DNA of 64,000 nucleotides, taken from assembly GCA_018831265.1 (NCBI GenBank), contig JAHJCO010000041.1, positions 33,700-97,699 of the forward strand, read 5' to 3'. Both the position numbers and the translations under genes were made by a program. Below, piece after piece: positions 54,934-63,999 of the stretch. Every line of letters starts with the position of its first letter. Within the stretch, counting starts at the first letter, position 1. A model generated the notes under the pieces. That model was not told the origin of the DNA. It made no database searches and worked only from the letters and a program-made list of their open reading frames with translations. Source of the stretch: Actinomycetota bacterium (GTDB lineage: Bacteria; Actinomycetota; Geothermincolia; Fen-727; Anoxymicrobiaceae).

Positions 54934-56678
54934 CTTGCCGCTCCCACCTCCCGGATCCGGTCGCTCTTCAGGTCCGGGCCGAACGGGTATCGGTCCAGCG
55001 GCACGTCCTCCCTTTCAAAGGAGGCGCTGCCGTCCGGCTCCCTGCGCACGTTGATCCAGGCGAGCCAGCTCTCGTCGTCGGTTGAAGGGAAGTCCACCCT
55101 GAAATGGTCAGCCCGCGACTCCTGGCGGATCAGGGAGACCCGCAGGTACAGCTCGGCCACCGCGACCATGTTCGCCGTCTCGTGAGCCTTGACGAGCTGG
55201 TGAGGGTCCTCGGCGCTGAGCGCGGGCACGAGCTCGTCCCGGAGCCTCTCGACCTCCCGGAGCGCGCCGGAGAGAGAACCGGCGTCCTTGCACACGGAGA
55301 CACCGTACGGGAAGACCGCTCGCTGGAGCGCCGCGCAGACCCCGTCGGGGTCGGATCCGCCCCGGCACCTCAACGGGGCGAGGGCGCGTCGAGCGAGCTC
55401 TTTCTCTTCCCCCGGGTCCCGGCCGGCGTCGTCGCATGACAGGACGAACCCGGCGGCGGCCTCCCCGGAGCGTTCTCCGGACCACATCGCCCTCATGCTG
55501 GACCACCCGTTGAAGAGCCCCGGGTCCACGGACTGGGACAGCCCCGCCGCGAAGAGCCCGGGGAGGTCGGACATGCAGTCGGTCGATGTCCTGATCCCGC
55601 CGCGCAGGCTGTGGACGGCCGGGACCCACTCCTGGGGCCCGCGGAAGACGTCCACCCCCGTCTCCCTGAGCCGCTCGAGGTTGAGCGGTACCATGTTGCC
55701 GATGCGGTCCAGCAGCATGTGGATGATGTAGCTCGAAGGCTTGGAGGACATGTCGAAAAAGAACGGTGGTCCGTTTCCCTGCAGCAACTGGTCTGCCATG
55801 GCCTGAACGATGTAGCGGATCTCGGCGGAGTCGGCCCGCGGGTGGTACCGCTTCATGAACGGTTGCAGGTCCCGGTCGAGGAATCTCGCGAAGCGCGCGG
55901 CCATCCCCGTACCCTCGAACCCGTAGCGGGGCGAGCCCGTGTTGGACACCAGGAACTCCATGTTGTTCAGGCGGACGCCGGCGTCGTAGGCGAGCTTGAA
56001 CGCGTCACCGGTCACCTGGTCCACGCACAGGTAGTTGCCCCGGAAGCTGCAGTCCGCTCCGGCGAGTATGACCGCCCTGCTCCTGAAAGCGATCGGTTCA
56101 GCGGTGCGGCGGTCGACCCCGACCGCCCCGACCGCGCGACCGCCGCGGACCATGATGCCGGTGATCATCTTGCGCGGGTAGAGATCCACCCGGTGCTCGA
56201 AGTCGGGCGGTGCCTTGACCTGGCGAAGCATCGCTCGGACGACCGCCGATCCGCCCCTGGAGCCCGACCCCTTCGGGACCACCAGCATCCTCGCGCGCTC
56301 GAAGCCGCGGGAGGGGAGGGTGAAGTAACCGCCCCCGGGCAGGCGCATGTACTCGATGCCCCAGGACTCGAGCTTGCGCAGCCGCGAGTAGGAGGTCTCG
56401 AGGATCAGCGAGAGTATGTCCTGCCGCGAGAGGTACGAGTTGGCCCGGGCCATGTCGTCGAGCCACTCGTCGGGCCGGTGCTGCGGAAGGCAGAATATCG
56501 TGGCCCCGGCCGCCATCTTCGACTGGCTGGTGAGACTGATCGCCCCCTTGTCCGCGATCGCTATCCTCTTCACGCCCTTCGAGCGCGCGCTTATCGCCGC
56601 CCAGAGGCCGGCGAAGCCGCTGCCTACTATGAGCAGGTCGCAGTCGACTACATCGATGCCGTCATGGTCCACAGGCAC
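54930..56678 (-). CDS. SdhA/AprA-superfamily FAD flavoprotein of unknown substrate
   Basis: IVGSGFAGL.AA, TGD…AY.AG..L.NMEF, H…GGI, GLFAAG, RQESR..H.R.DFP..DD..W. Confidence 0.88.
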   Translation of the reverse strand: MPVDHDGIDVVDCDLLIVGSGFAGLWAAISARSKGVKRIAIADKGAISLTSQSKMAAGATIFCLPQHRPDEWLDDMARANSYLSRQDILSLILETSYSRLRKLESWGIEYMRLPGGGYFTLPSRGFERARMLVVPKGSGSRGGSAVVRAMLRQVKAPPDFEHRVDLYPRKMITGIMVRGGRAVGAVGVDRRTAEPIAFRSRAVILAGADCSFRGNYLCVDQVTGDAFKLAYDAGVRLNNMEFLVSNTGSPRYGFEGTGMAARFARFLDRDLQPFMKRYHPRADSAEIRYIVQAMADQLLQGNGPPFFFDMSSKPSSYIIHMLLDRIGNMVPLNLERLRETGVDVFRGPQEWVPAVHSLRGGIRTSTDCMSDLPGLFAAGLSQSVDPGLFNGWSSMRAMWSGERSGEAAAGFVLSCDDAGRDPGEEKELARRALAPLRCRGGSDPDGVCAALQRAVFPYGVSVCKDAGSLSGALREVERLRDELVPALSAEDPHQLVKAHETANMVAVAELYLRVSLIRQESRADHFRVDFPSTDDESWLAWINVRREPDGSASFEREDVPLDRYPFGPDLKSDRIREVGAAR

Positions 56679-56679
56679 C

Positions 56680-58197
56680 TCACTCGTTCACCCTGGCGAT
56701 CGCCGCCAGCGCTCGTTCCATCGAAGGGAACACCGGCACCCCTCTCTCGTGCAGGCGCGTCCTCATGCTGCGCAGGACGCCCTCGTAGTGGAGGTCGTCC
56801 TCGCCGCACGCCCGGGAATACAGGACCGCGGCCACAGGCTTGCCGCTGCGCGCGCGCGCTCCGAGCAGGGAATCCACCGACCGCTCGATGCTGTCCGCTC
56901 CGTAGAGCAGGTGCGCGAAGTTGACCGCCAGGTCGAAGACGAGCACGTCGGTGGTGGCGTTTCGCGACGCCTCGTCGATCGTCCGCTCGAAGAGCGCCGG
57001 GGGTATCAGGGGCGAGCCGATGTCGAGCGGGTTGGCGACCACGGTCCCGGCGCGGTCGAGCACCTCGCGCAGACGCGCCCCGGTACCCGCCTCCAGTGCC
57101 GGTACCTCGAGACCCGACTCCTCGGCGATATCGGCGCCCGAGGTCCCGAGCGCGCCGCCACCTCCACAGATGAGGACGCGGCGGCCGGGCCGCCTGCCCA
57201 TGTGCTTCAGGGCGAGCAACACGTCGCACAACCCGTCGATCCCCGAGGTCGTGATCACCCCGCACTGCCTCAACAGCGAGTCCCAGATGACGGGAGAGCC
57301 GGCCAGGCTTCCGGTGTGCGTCTGCACCGCGCGGCCGGCGGACGCGCCGCGGCCCGACTTCCACACGACGACCGGCTTTACCACAGCCGCCTCGCGGACC
57401 GCCTCGAAGAACCGATGTCCGCTCGAGGTACCTTCTATGTAGCAGGAGATGACGGCCGTGGCCGGGTCACGCGTGAAGTACCGGATGAGGTCTATCTCGT
57501 CGAGGTCCGCGGCGTTGCCGTAGCTGACCACGGCGCTGAAACCGACGCCGAGTCCCTTGCCCATCCGGGCGACATGGGCGCTGAACCCTCCGCTCTGCGA
57601 GATGAAGGCCACGTCACCCGGTTCGTGTGAGAAGTCGGGCCCGGGAAGCATGGTGAGCCGCGTGCGGGGGTTGTAGATGCCGAAGCAGTTCGGCCCGAGT
57701 ATCCGGAAGCCTCCTCGCCTGGCGATGCGGAGCGCCTCCCGCTCGAGCCGCAGACCGTCCTCCCCGATCTCTCGGAAACCGGAGGCTATCATCATCACGC
57801 ACCGGACGCCCACCGCGGCGCAATCGCGAAGTACGTCGATGGAGAGGTGCGCGGGAATGGCGAGGTAGACCAGGTCGGGCCTGCTCGGGAGGCTGAGCAG
57901 GTCGGGGTACGCCCGGACGCCGAAGACCTCGTCCTCGTTGGGATTTACAAGGAACACATCGCCGTCGAAATCCATCTCGAGCTGGGACCTGGTGTAGTAG
58001 TAACCGAACTTGGCGGGGGAGTTCGAGGCGCCCACCACCGCCAGGGAACGGGCGTTGATGATCGAGTCCATCTGGCGGAAGTCGAACGGGCGGAGCAGTT
58101 CACCGTCGTCTTCCCGTCCCCGCTCCCCCCGTGCCGACAGGTCCGCCCCTGACCCGGCGCTGCCTGCCTCTGCTGTGTAAATGGAATGACTAGTCAT
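56680..58197 (-). CDS. ADP-forming acyl-CoA synthetase alpha-like subunit (CoA-binding; no ATP-grasp domain)
   Basis: AVVGAS…K.G, VNP, GF.E, GPNC.G, SQSGG, GN.AD, phospho-His THTGSLAG, NPLD. Confidence 0.9.
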   Translation of the reverse strand: MTSHSIYTAEAGSAGSGADLSARGERGREDDGELLRPFDFRQMDSIINARSLAVVGASNSPAKFGYYYTRSQLEMDFDGDVFLVNPNEDEVFGVRAYPDLLSLPSRPDLVYLAIPAHLSIDVLRDCAAVGVRCVMMIASGFREIGEDGLRLEREALRIARRGGFRILGPNCFGIYNPRTRLTMLPGPDFSHEPGDVAFISQSGGFSAHVARMGKGLGVGFSAVVSYGNAADLDEIDLIRYFTRDPATAVISCYIEGTSSGHRFFEAVREAAVVKPVVVWKSGRGASAGRAVQTHTGSLAGSPVIWDSLLRQCGVITTSGIDGLCDVLLALKHMGRRPGRRVLICGGGGALGTSGADIAEESGLEVPALEAGTGARLREVLDRAGTVVANPLDIGSPLIPPALFERTIDEASRNATTDVLVFDLAVNFAHLLYGADSIERSVDSLLGARARSGKPVAAVLYSRACGEDDLHYEGVLRSMRTRLHERGVPVFPSMERALAAIARVNE

Positions 58198-58202
58198 TCC
58201 AT
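58181..58202. promoter_or_regulatory. Operator 1: perfect 22-bp palindrome ATGGAATGACTAGTCATTCCAT
   Basis: Overlaps the start codon of the leftward operon; the same core occurs at 59397 and 59665. Confidence 0.85.
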
Positions 58203-58369
58203 GACCTCCAACAAAAACCCCGTCATAATTGTACGGCAGTGTTATGTGGCTTATTCTAGCACTTTAAGGGGATATTCCGCAAGAAGAAAATTATAGTGAA
58301 TAATGTCTGGATTGGTGAAGTGCCTATATAGTTACTACATAATACCTCTACGTAGCAGCGTGGGCGGGG

Positions 58370-59215
58370 TTAATCCATGACCTTCTTCCAGTTCGACTTG
58401 GTGGTGAGCTCGAACATCACATCGAGCAGATGCTGCGGGTCCCACTCGCTGTCCAGGTTGACCAGCAGCAGGGCGGTCTCGATGACGCCGACCAGGAAGT
58501 ATCCCCAGACCTGCGCGGTGATGGGCGGCAACTGGCGGTTCTTCACGGCCTCCTCCAGGTCCTGCTGGATGGTCGCCGCCACGATGCCGTATACCTCTCT
58601 TCTCTTGGCCTCGAGGCGCACGTCGCTCTCCACGGTGTGATACATCGCCTGCAGCAGGTCGATGAACTGGGGGTAGTTGATCAGGACCACTTCACCCCTC
58701 GCTCTCAGGCGCTCGAGGGGGTCCTCGATCTGCTCCACCTTCTCCCAGACCCCGGTGAACATCGCCTGGATGACCCTGTCGACGCACTCCATGAAGAGCG
58801 TCTTCTTGCTGGGGAAGTAGAGGTAGAAGGTGCTGTGGCCCACACCGACCTCTTTGGCGATGTCGCTGATGGTGGTATTGTGGTAGCCCTTGCGCGAAAA
58901 TACCTCAACCGCCCTGTCCATTATCTGCGCCCGGCGGCCCATGGACTCGATGGGGAGCCTTTCCCCCGACTCACCCTTTCTCTCCCTCTCCAGGATGTTC
59001 CTGATATAAGAGAGGGGGAACCCCTCCTCCCTCATCTCCTTGATCTCGACCAGCTCCCTGAGGTGGTCCTCGTTGTAGTAGGCCATCGTCTTGCCGGTCT
59101 TGTGGGGTGCGGTAAGGATCCCCTCCCGGAGGTAGTAGTGTATGGTGTTCCTGCTGATCCCCGTCGCCTTCTCGAGGTCGGAGATCCTCAGCGGCGCGCC
59201 TGCCGATTCTTCCAT
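58370..59215 (-). CDS. MerR-HTH / TetR fusion transcriptional regulator
   Basis: N-terminal RISDL..TG.SR.TIHYY.REG.L..P.K…YY; then FSRKGYH.TTISDIA.EVGV…TFY.YFPSK. Confidence 0.92.
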   Translation of the reverse strand: MEESAGAPLRISDLEKATGISRNTIHYYLREGILTAPHKTGKTMAYYNEDHLRELVEIKEMREEGFPLSYIRNILERERKGESGERLPIESMGRRAQIMDRAVEVFSRKGYHNTTISDIAKEVGVGHSTFYLYFPSKKTLFMECVDRVIQAMFTGVWEKVEQIEDPLERLRARGEVVLINYPQFIDLLQAMYHTVESDVRLEAKRREVYGIVAATIQQDLEEAVKNRQLPPITAQVWGYFLVGVIETALLLVNLDSEWDPQHLLDVMFELTTKSNWKKVMD

Positions 59216-59396
59216 CTGACCTCCCGGTTTTCAAGCTGTATTATGTATTATCTAATTACTTATACTATACAGTACGCACTGCCTGTCAATAGCTGCGCTC
59301 TCGACAGAACCATTGCTATTTGGCTTATTAATAGCCTTATACCCTCTTTCGTAACCAGTTCCACCATTAGAGATCATCCCGCCGACCATATCTTTA

Positions 59397-59412
59397 GAAT
59401 GACATGTCATTC
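59397..59412. promoter_or_regulatory. Operator 2: GAATGACATGTCATTC
   Basis: Perfect 16-bp palindrome in the divergent intergenic region. Confidence 0.8.
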
Positions 59413-59664
59413 CATCTCCGCAGCCAAGCCGCGAGAAGTGTTGCCCGATCCCGCTTTGATACATAGACAGGGATACGCAGCATCGGCTGGACCTGACGGC
59501 TGCGTGCTATGTAGTGGTTAGGTACTGTAACTACATAATATTGTGTGGGCTTCGGGTTGCAGGACAAGACACAACCTGGCGAAATAATGCAGTCAAACCC
59601 GAGAAAAGCGAAGAATACTATTGACTTTAGTATATTAGAGTCAGTACTATACTGTAGTGTAAAA

Positions 59665-59682
59665 GGAATGACAAGTCATTCC
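59665..59682. promoter_or_regulatory. Operator 3: GGAATGACAAGTCATTCC
   Basis: About 30 nt upstream of etfA and just downstream of a candidate TTGACT…TACTAT/TATACT promoter. Confidence 0.82.
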
Positions 59683-59713
59683 ACATCCATAAAGTAAGCG
59701 GAAGAGGGCGAGC

Positions 59714-60745
59714 ATGAAAGGCGAGTTGAACGGTAGCAGTGGCGTGATGGTCTTCGCCCAGTGCTCCGGGGAAAAGGGTATGAACCGGCTTGCCGGAGAG
59801 CTGGCCGGACTCGGGATGAGGCTTGCGAAAGACCTGGGCGAAGATGCGACCGTCGTGGTCTGTGGACCTGGGGCTGAACGGGCGGCGGACGAGCTGGCGG
59901 GGCTCGGGATGAGGACCTGCCTCGTGGAAGGCGCGGAAGCCGTCGCGGGGAGCGGTTGCGTACCGGCGACCGTCGCGGGGCCCCTCTGCCTGAGAGAGCG
60001 CCCGAGGCTTGTGATGTACGGGCATGTTCCCCCCGGCGACGAGGAGGCGGTGAGGCTCGCCTACCTGCTGGGCGCGGGGGTCACCAGCGACTGCACGGCC
60101 ATGGAGGTGTGTGACGAACGCGAGATAGTCCTGAGCAAGCCCGTGTACGGAGGCAACGTCATGGCCAGGTTCAACCCCGAGTCCTATCCGTATGTGGTGA
60201 CGGTGAGGCCGCACGTCGGCGTCGCCCCGGAGCCGGGAACGTCCGTGGTCGGAGAGATCGTACGACTGGAGGCCTCGGATCTTCTGCCCGACGGCGACGA
60301 CGCCGCGCGTCGGGGAGCCACCCTCGTCAGCAGGGAGCAGGTCCCCTCGAACGGGGTGTGCCTCGAGGAGGCGGGCGTGGTGGTGGCCGGCGGCCGGGGC
60401 ATGGGCGGACGGGAGGGGTTCGAGAGCCTGGAGAAGCTCGCGGGACTGCTGGGCGGGGCCGTGGGAGCCTCCCGGCCCCCGTGCGATTCGGGCTGGGCCA
60501 ACTCCGCTTCGCAAGTCGGCATCACCGGGAAGATTGTGGCGCCCGACATCTACATCGCGGTCGCGATCTCGGGCTCGACCCAGCACCTGTCCGGCATGTC
60601 CGACGCCGGGACGATAGTCGCGGTCAACCGCGACCCTGACGCCTACATATTCAAGGTCTCCGACTACGGTGTCACCGGTGACTGGAAGGAAGTGCTCCCG
60701 GCCTTCACGGCGAGGCTCGCGGAGATGAAGCGCCAGGAGGGATGA
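59714..60745 (+). CDS. etfA: Electron transfer flavoprotein alpha subunit
   Basis: P.YGGN, VVAGGRG, VGASR..CD.GW, QVG.TGK.VAP..YIA..ISG..QH..GM, N.DP.A.IF..SDYG..GD. Confidence 0.95.
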   Translation: MKGELNGSSGVMVFAQCSGEKGMNRLAGELAGLGMRLAKDLGEDATVVVCGPGAERAADELAGLGMRTCLVEGAEAVAGSGCVPATVAGPLCLRERPRLVMYGHVPPGDEEAVRLAYLLGAGVTSDCTAMEVCDEREIVLSKPVYGGNVMARFNPESYPYVVTVRPHVGVAPEPGTSVVGEIVRLEASDLLPDGDDAARRGATLVSREQVPSNGVCLEEAGVVVAGGRGMGGREGFESLEKLAGLLGGAVGASRPPCDSGWANSASQVGITGKIVAPDIYIAVAISGSTQHLSGMSDAGTIVAVNRDPDAYIFKVSDYGVTGDWKEVLPAFTARLAEMKRQEG

Positions 60746-60749
60746 GAGG

Positions 60750-61550
60750 ATGGAAGAGCTCGATATCATCGTCTGCGCCAAGCAGGTCCCCGACCCGGAA
60801 GCGCCTCCGTCCTCCTTCAGCATAGACCGGGAGTCGATGTCGGTCGTGCCCCACGGCGTGCCGCCGGTGACGAACCCGTTCGACGAGAACGCGCTCGAGC
60901 TGGCCATACGCATCAGGGAGCTGACCGGTGGGACCATAACCATGCTCAGCATGGGGAAGTCCATCTCGCGGGCGGTCCTGCTGAAGGCGATGGCCACGGG
61001 AGCGGACAGGGCGGTCCTGATCGAGGATCCGGCGGCCGAGGTCGGCCCGGCCGCCGGCTCAGCCACCGCGAGAGTGCTGGCAGAGGCGGTGCTGAGGATC
61101 GGGAGGTTCGACCTCCTGCTCGCCGGCCGGCAGGCGGCAGACACGAACTCTGGCCAGGTCGCCATCGGCCTGTCGGTGCTCCTCGGCATCCCCTGCGTAA
61201 CGCGGGCATCCTCGGTCGAGGTCCGGGACGGACGCCTGCTGGTAGAGCGTACGCTGCCCGACTCGCTGGAGGTCGTGGAGGTCTCGCCGCCGGCGGCCCT
61301 CATAACCGGCCCGGAGGCGGGAGACCTCCGGTACCCGAAGATCGCCGATATCAAGGCCGCAAAGGGTAGGCCGTGTGAGGTGCTCCACCTGGCCGACCTC
61401 GGCGTGGAGCAGTCCGGTGCACCGCGCGTGCGGCTGCTGGACCTCACCCAGCCCGTACGAGAGCGTCGGTGCCGGATGGTTGACGGCGAGAGCGGGGCGG
61501 AGGCGGGCGAGAGGCTGGCCGCCCTGCTGCAGGGAAAGGGAGTTATCTGA
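60750..61550 (+). CDS. etfB: Electron transfer flavoprotein beta subunit
   Basis: VC.KQVPD, NPFDE.ALE.A, GAD.A, G.QA.D..SGQV, RYP…I..AK. Confidence 0.95.
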   Translation: MEELDIIVCAKQVPDPEAPPSSFSIDRESMSVVPHGVPPVTNPFDENALELAIRIRELTGGTITMLSMGKSISRAVLLKAMATGADRAVLIEDPAAEVGPAAGSATARVLAEAVLRIGRFDLLLAGRQAADTNSGQVAIGLSVLLGIPCVTRASSVEVRDGRLLVERTLPDSLEVVEVSPPAALITGPEAGDLRYPKIADIKAAKGRPCEVLHLADLGVEQSGAPRVRLLDLTQPVRERRCRMVDGESGAEAGERLAALLQGKGVI

Positions 61551-61574
61551 GCCGCTCGACGGCGGCTGATAGGA

Positions 61575-62057
61575 ATGGGAATGGAGACCCGCAGGGTCAC
61601 GACCAAGGAGGTGAAGCGGATGGCCATGGAAGCGTCCGACGTCTCGGCGTTCATGTTGTCCGCGTATCGTAACGGCGTGCTGGACCGATTCGTCCCGATC
61701 CTGGGAAAGGCAATGGACGGCGCCCTGGCCGAAGCCGGCGTCGGCCTCGAGCAGATCGTCTACCAGATAGACGAGGCCGGAGAGGATACCCTGCGAAGGC
61801 TGGGCCTCTACTTCTCGCGGTCCGCCGTGTTGATGCGGCTGGCGGCGAGCGACGCCGTCATGAAGGTGCTCTCGGTGATGCTGGGTACCCGCCTTGTCTC
61901 GCGCTCGGTCGAGGCCGTCCTGCGCTTCTCGCTGGGGCTGGTGCTGTCATCCGGAGCGGACGCGGGCACGCTCGGTGAACGGTTGAAAGCCCGTGCCGGG
62001 GCGCGGCGGGGAGGACCTCGCCGCGAGGCGCAAGGTGGTGGTGAAAATGGCCGTTAA
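61575..62057 (+). CDS. Hypothetical protein
   Basis: In-operon ORF between etfB and the FAD oxidoreductase, with typical codon usage. Confidence 0.65.
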   Translation: MGMETRRVTTKEVKRMAMEASDVSAFMLSAYRNGVLDRFVPILGKAMDGALAEAGVGLEQIVYQIDEAGEDTLRRLGLYFSRSAVLMRLAASDAVMKVLSVMLGTRLVSRSVEAVLRFSLGLVLSSGADAGTLGERLKARAGARRGGPRREAQGGGENGR

Positions 62058-63525
62058 GGCTGTGGAAGACCTCAAGGAACGGCTGGCCGGGATAGTGGGA
62101 GAGACCTCCGTCAACGACGACAGGAACGACCTCCTGCAGTACGCGCGGCCCGACGGAGACGGTCACCTGCCGACCTGCGTGGTCAGGCCCGTGAACCCGG
62201 AGCAGGTCACGGCGCTGGTCGTCCTGGCCAACGAGACCGGGCTGAACCTGGTGCCGGTCTCGTCCGGCCCCCCCCACGCCCGTGGAGGGACCGCCCCGGA
62301 GAGCGGTGCGGTGATGGTGGACCTCTCGGCCATGGACCGGATAGTCAGGATGGACAGGAGGAACAAGGTCGCCATCGTCGAGCCCGGGGTCACGTTCGGG
62401 CGGCTGGCGTCAGAGGCCTCGAAGGTGGGCCTGAAGGCTCTCATGCCACTGCTACCCAGGCAGCGTAAGTCCGTGCTCGCTAGCTACCTGGAGCGCGAGC
62501 CGATAATCATCCCCAAGTACCACTGGGACGCGACGGACCCCCTGCTCTGCATGGAGGTGGTCTTCGGTACCGGGGACATGTTCCGCACCGGCTCGGCGGC
62601 GGGCCCCGGCAGCCTGGAACAGCAGTGGGAGCACGGGGAGGCGCAGAAGAACCCCATGGGGCCGGGCCAGACCGACTTCGGCAGGCTCGTGCAGGGTGCC
62701 CAGGGGACCATGGGGATAGTCACCTGGGGCTCGGTCAAGCTCGAGGTCATGCCCTCCGAGCACAGGATCTACTTCGTCAACGACTCGCTGGAACGGCTGA
62801 TCGAGTTCGCCTACCCGGTGCTGAGGAGAAAGATGGCCGACGAGTTCCTGATCCTGGACGGGACCGCGTTTGCGACCACGATGCGAGGGGGCGCCGCGGA
62901 GATAGGCGATCTCGCGGGCCGGATCCCGGGCTACGTGCTGGTGCTGGGGATCTCCGGGTACGAGTACTTCCCCGGGGAGCGGGTGACCTACCTGGTGAAC
63001 GACATGGCGGACCTGGCCAAGGAGGCAGGCGTCGCGCTTACCAGGAGCGCCGCTGGTGTCGATCACCTGGAGGCGGAGCGCGCGCTTTCGGGTCCGTCGG
63101 GCGAGCCGTACTACAAGCACAGGATGAAGGGCGGCTCGAGGGACCTGTTCTTCCTCACCACCCTGGACCGGGTGCCGGCATTTACCGCGGCAATGGAGTC
63201 GCTTGCACAGGAGCACGGTCATCCCGTCGGGGAGATCGGGACGTATATCCAGCCGATCCAGCACGGCCGCACCGTGCATCTAGAGTTCGACATCTACTTC
63301 GATCCGGGTTCGGCGAAGGACGCCGCCCGGGCGGGCGGGTTGTTCTCCGCCGCGGCGAAGGCCTGCCAGGAGATGGGAGGCTTCTTCTCCCGCCCGTACG
63401 GTCCCTGGGCGGATATGGCCTTCGAGGCGTGCCCGGACACGGTGGACGCCCTGCTCAAGGTCAAGAGGGTCCTCGATCCACGCGGCGTGATGAACCGGAA
63501 CAAGCTCTGCTTCAAGGAGGCGTAG
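62047..63525 (+). CDS. FAD-binding oxidoreductase (GlcD/VAO-PCMH family)
   Basis: P..VV.P…V…LANE…P.S, VDLS.M..I, VEPGVTF, MEVV..TG, GAQGT.GIVT, K..LDP..V.N..K. Confidence 0.9.
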   Translation: MAVKAVEDLKERLAGIVGETSVNDDRNDLLQYARPDGDGHLPTCVVRPVNPEQVTALVVLANETGLNLVPVSSGPPHARGGTAPESGAVMVDLSAMDRIVRMDRRNKVAIVEPGVTFGRLASEASKVGLKALMPLLPRQRKSVLASYLEREPIIIPKYHWDATDPLLCMEVVFGTGDMFRTGSAAGPGSLEQQWEHGEAQKNPMGPGQTDFGRLVQGAQGTMGIVTWGSVKLEVMPSEHRIYFVNDSLERLIEFAYPVLRRKMADEFLILDGTAFATTMRGGAAEIGDLAGRIPGYVLVLGISGYEYFPGERVTYLVNDMADLAKEAGVALTRSAAGVDHLEAERALSGPSGEPYYKHRMKGGSRDLFFLTTLDRVPAFTAAMESLAQEHGHPVGEIGTYIQPIQHGRTVHLEFDIYFDPGSAKDAARAGGLFSAAAKACQEMGGFFSRPYGPWADMAFEACPDTVDALLKVKRVLDPRGVMNRNKLCFKEA

Positions 63526-63528
63526 GCT

Positions 63529-63999
63529 ATGGCGCTCACAGATTACGTCAGGGACATGAGGGGCTGCTCCCGCTGCTCGTCGTGCAAATGGGTCCCGTTC
63601 AACCAGGTCAAGAGCTGGCGGAACGCCATGAACTGCCCGGCGATCACCAGGTTCAACTTCCACGCCTACTCGGGCAGCGGCAAGATGAACATGGGCCTGT
63701 CGCACCTGCAGGGCAGGAGCGAGCTGACAGAGGGCGCGGCCGACATCATCTACCACTGTCAGCTCTGCGGGGCGTGCGAGGTCTCGTGCAAGGTCTACCG
63801 CGACGACATAGACCTGACCGACGTGCTGCTGGAGCTGCGCGCCACATGCGTGGAGGAAGGCCAGCTCATGGTCGAGCACATGGCCATGCTGGACTTTCTG
63901 AAACGTGACGACAACCCGCTCGGAGAGCCCAAGAGCACGCGCGGCGACTGGACCGAAGGGCTGGGGCTCAAGGATATAAACCGGGAGCCCGCCGACGTC
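63529..63999 (+). CDS. Fe-S oxidoreductase subunit (GlcF/HdrD-like), partial
   Basis: MALTDY…CSRCSSCK…CP…C.LCGACE..CK…NP.GEP; AAGGAGG RBS; open to the window end. Confidence 0.85.
   Translation, partial: MALTDYVRDMRGCSRCSSCKWVPFNQVKSWRNAMNCPAITRFNFHAYSGSGKMNMGLSHLQGRSELTEGAADIIYHCQLCGACEVSCKVYRDDIDLTDVLLELRATCVEEGQLMVEHMAMLDFLKRDDNPLGEPKSTRGDWTEGLGLKDINREPADV

Noticed and set aside
54634..56678. Dissimilatory APS reductase (aprAB) or succinate dehydrogenase
   Set aside because: The SDH catalytic motifs and membrane anchors are absent, there is no sat or qmo context, and the ferredoxin lacks a recognisable AprB tail.
59216..59713. Riboswitch or ncRNA in the 498-bp intergenic region
   Set aside because: It contains hairpins (e.g. 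ACGCAGC…GCTGCGT near 59475-59505) but no aptamer consensus I can recognise; operators and divergent promoters explain the length. An Rfam scan would settle it.
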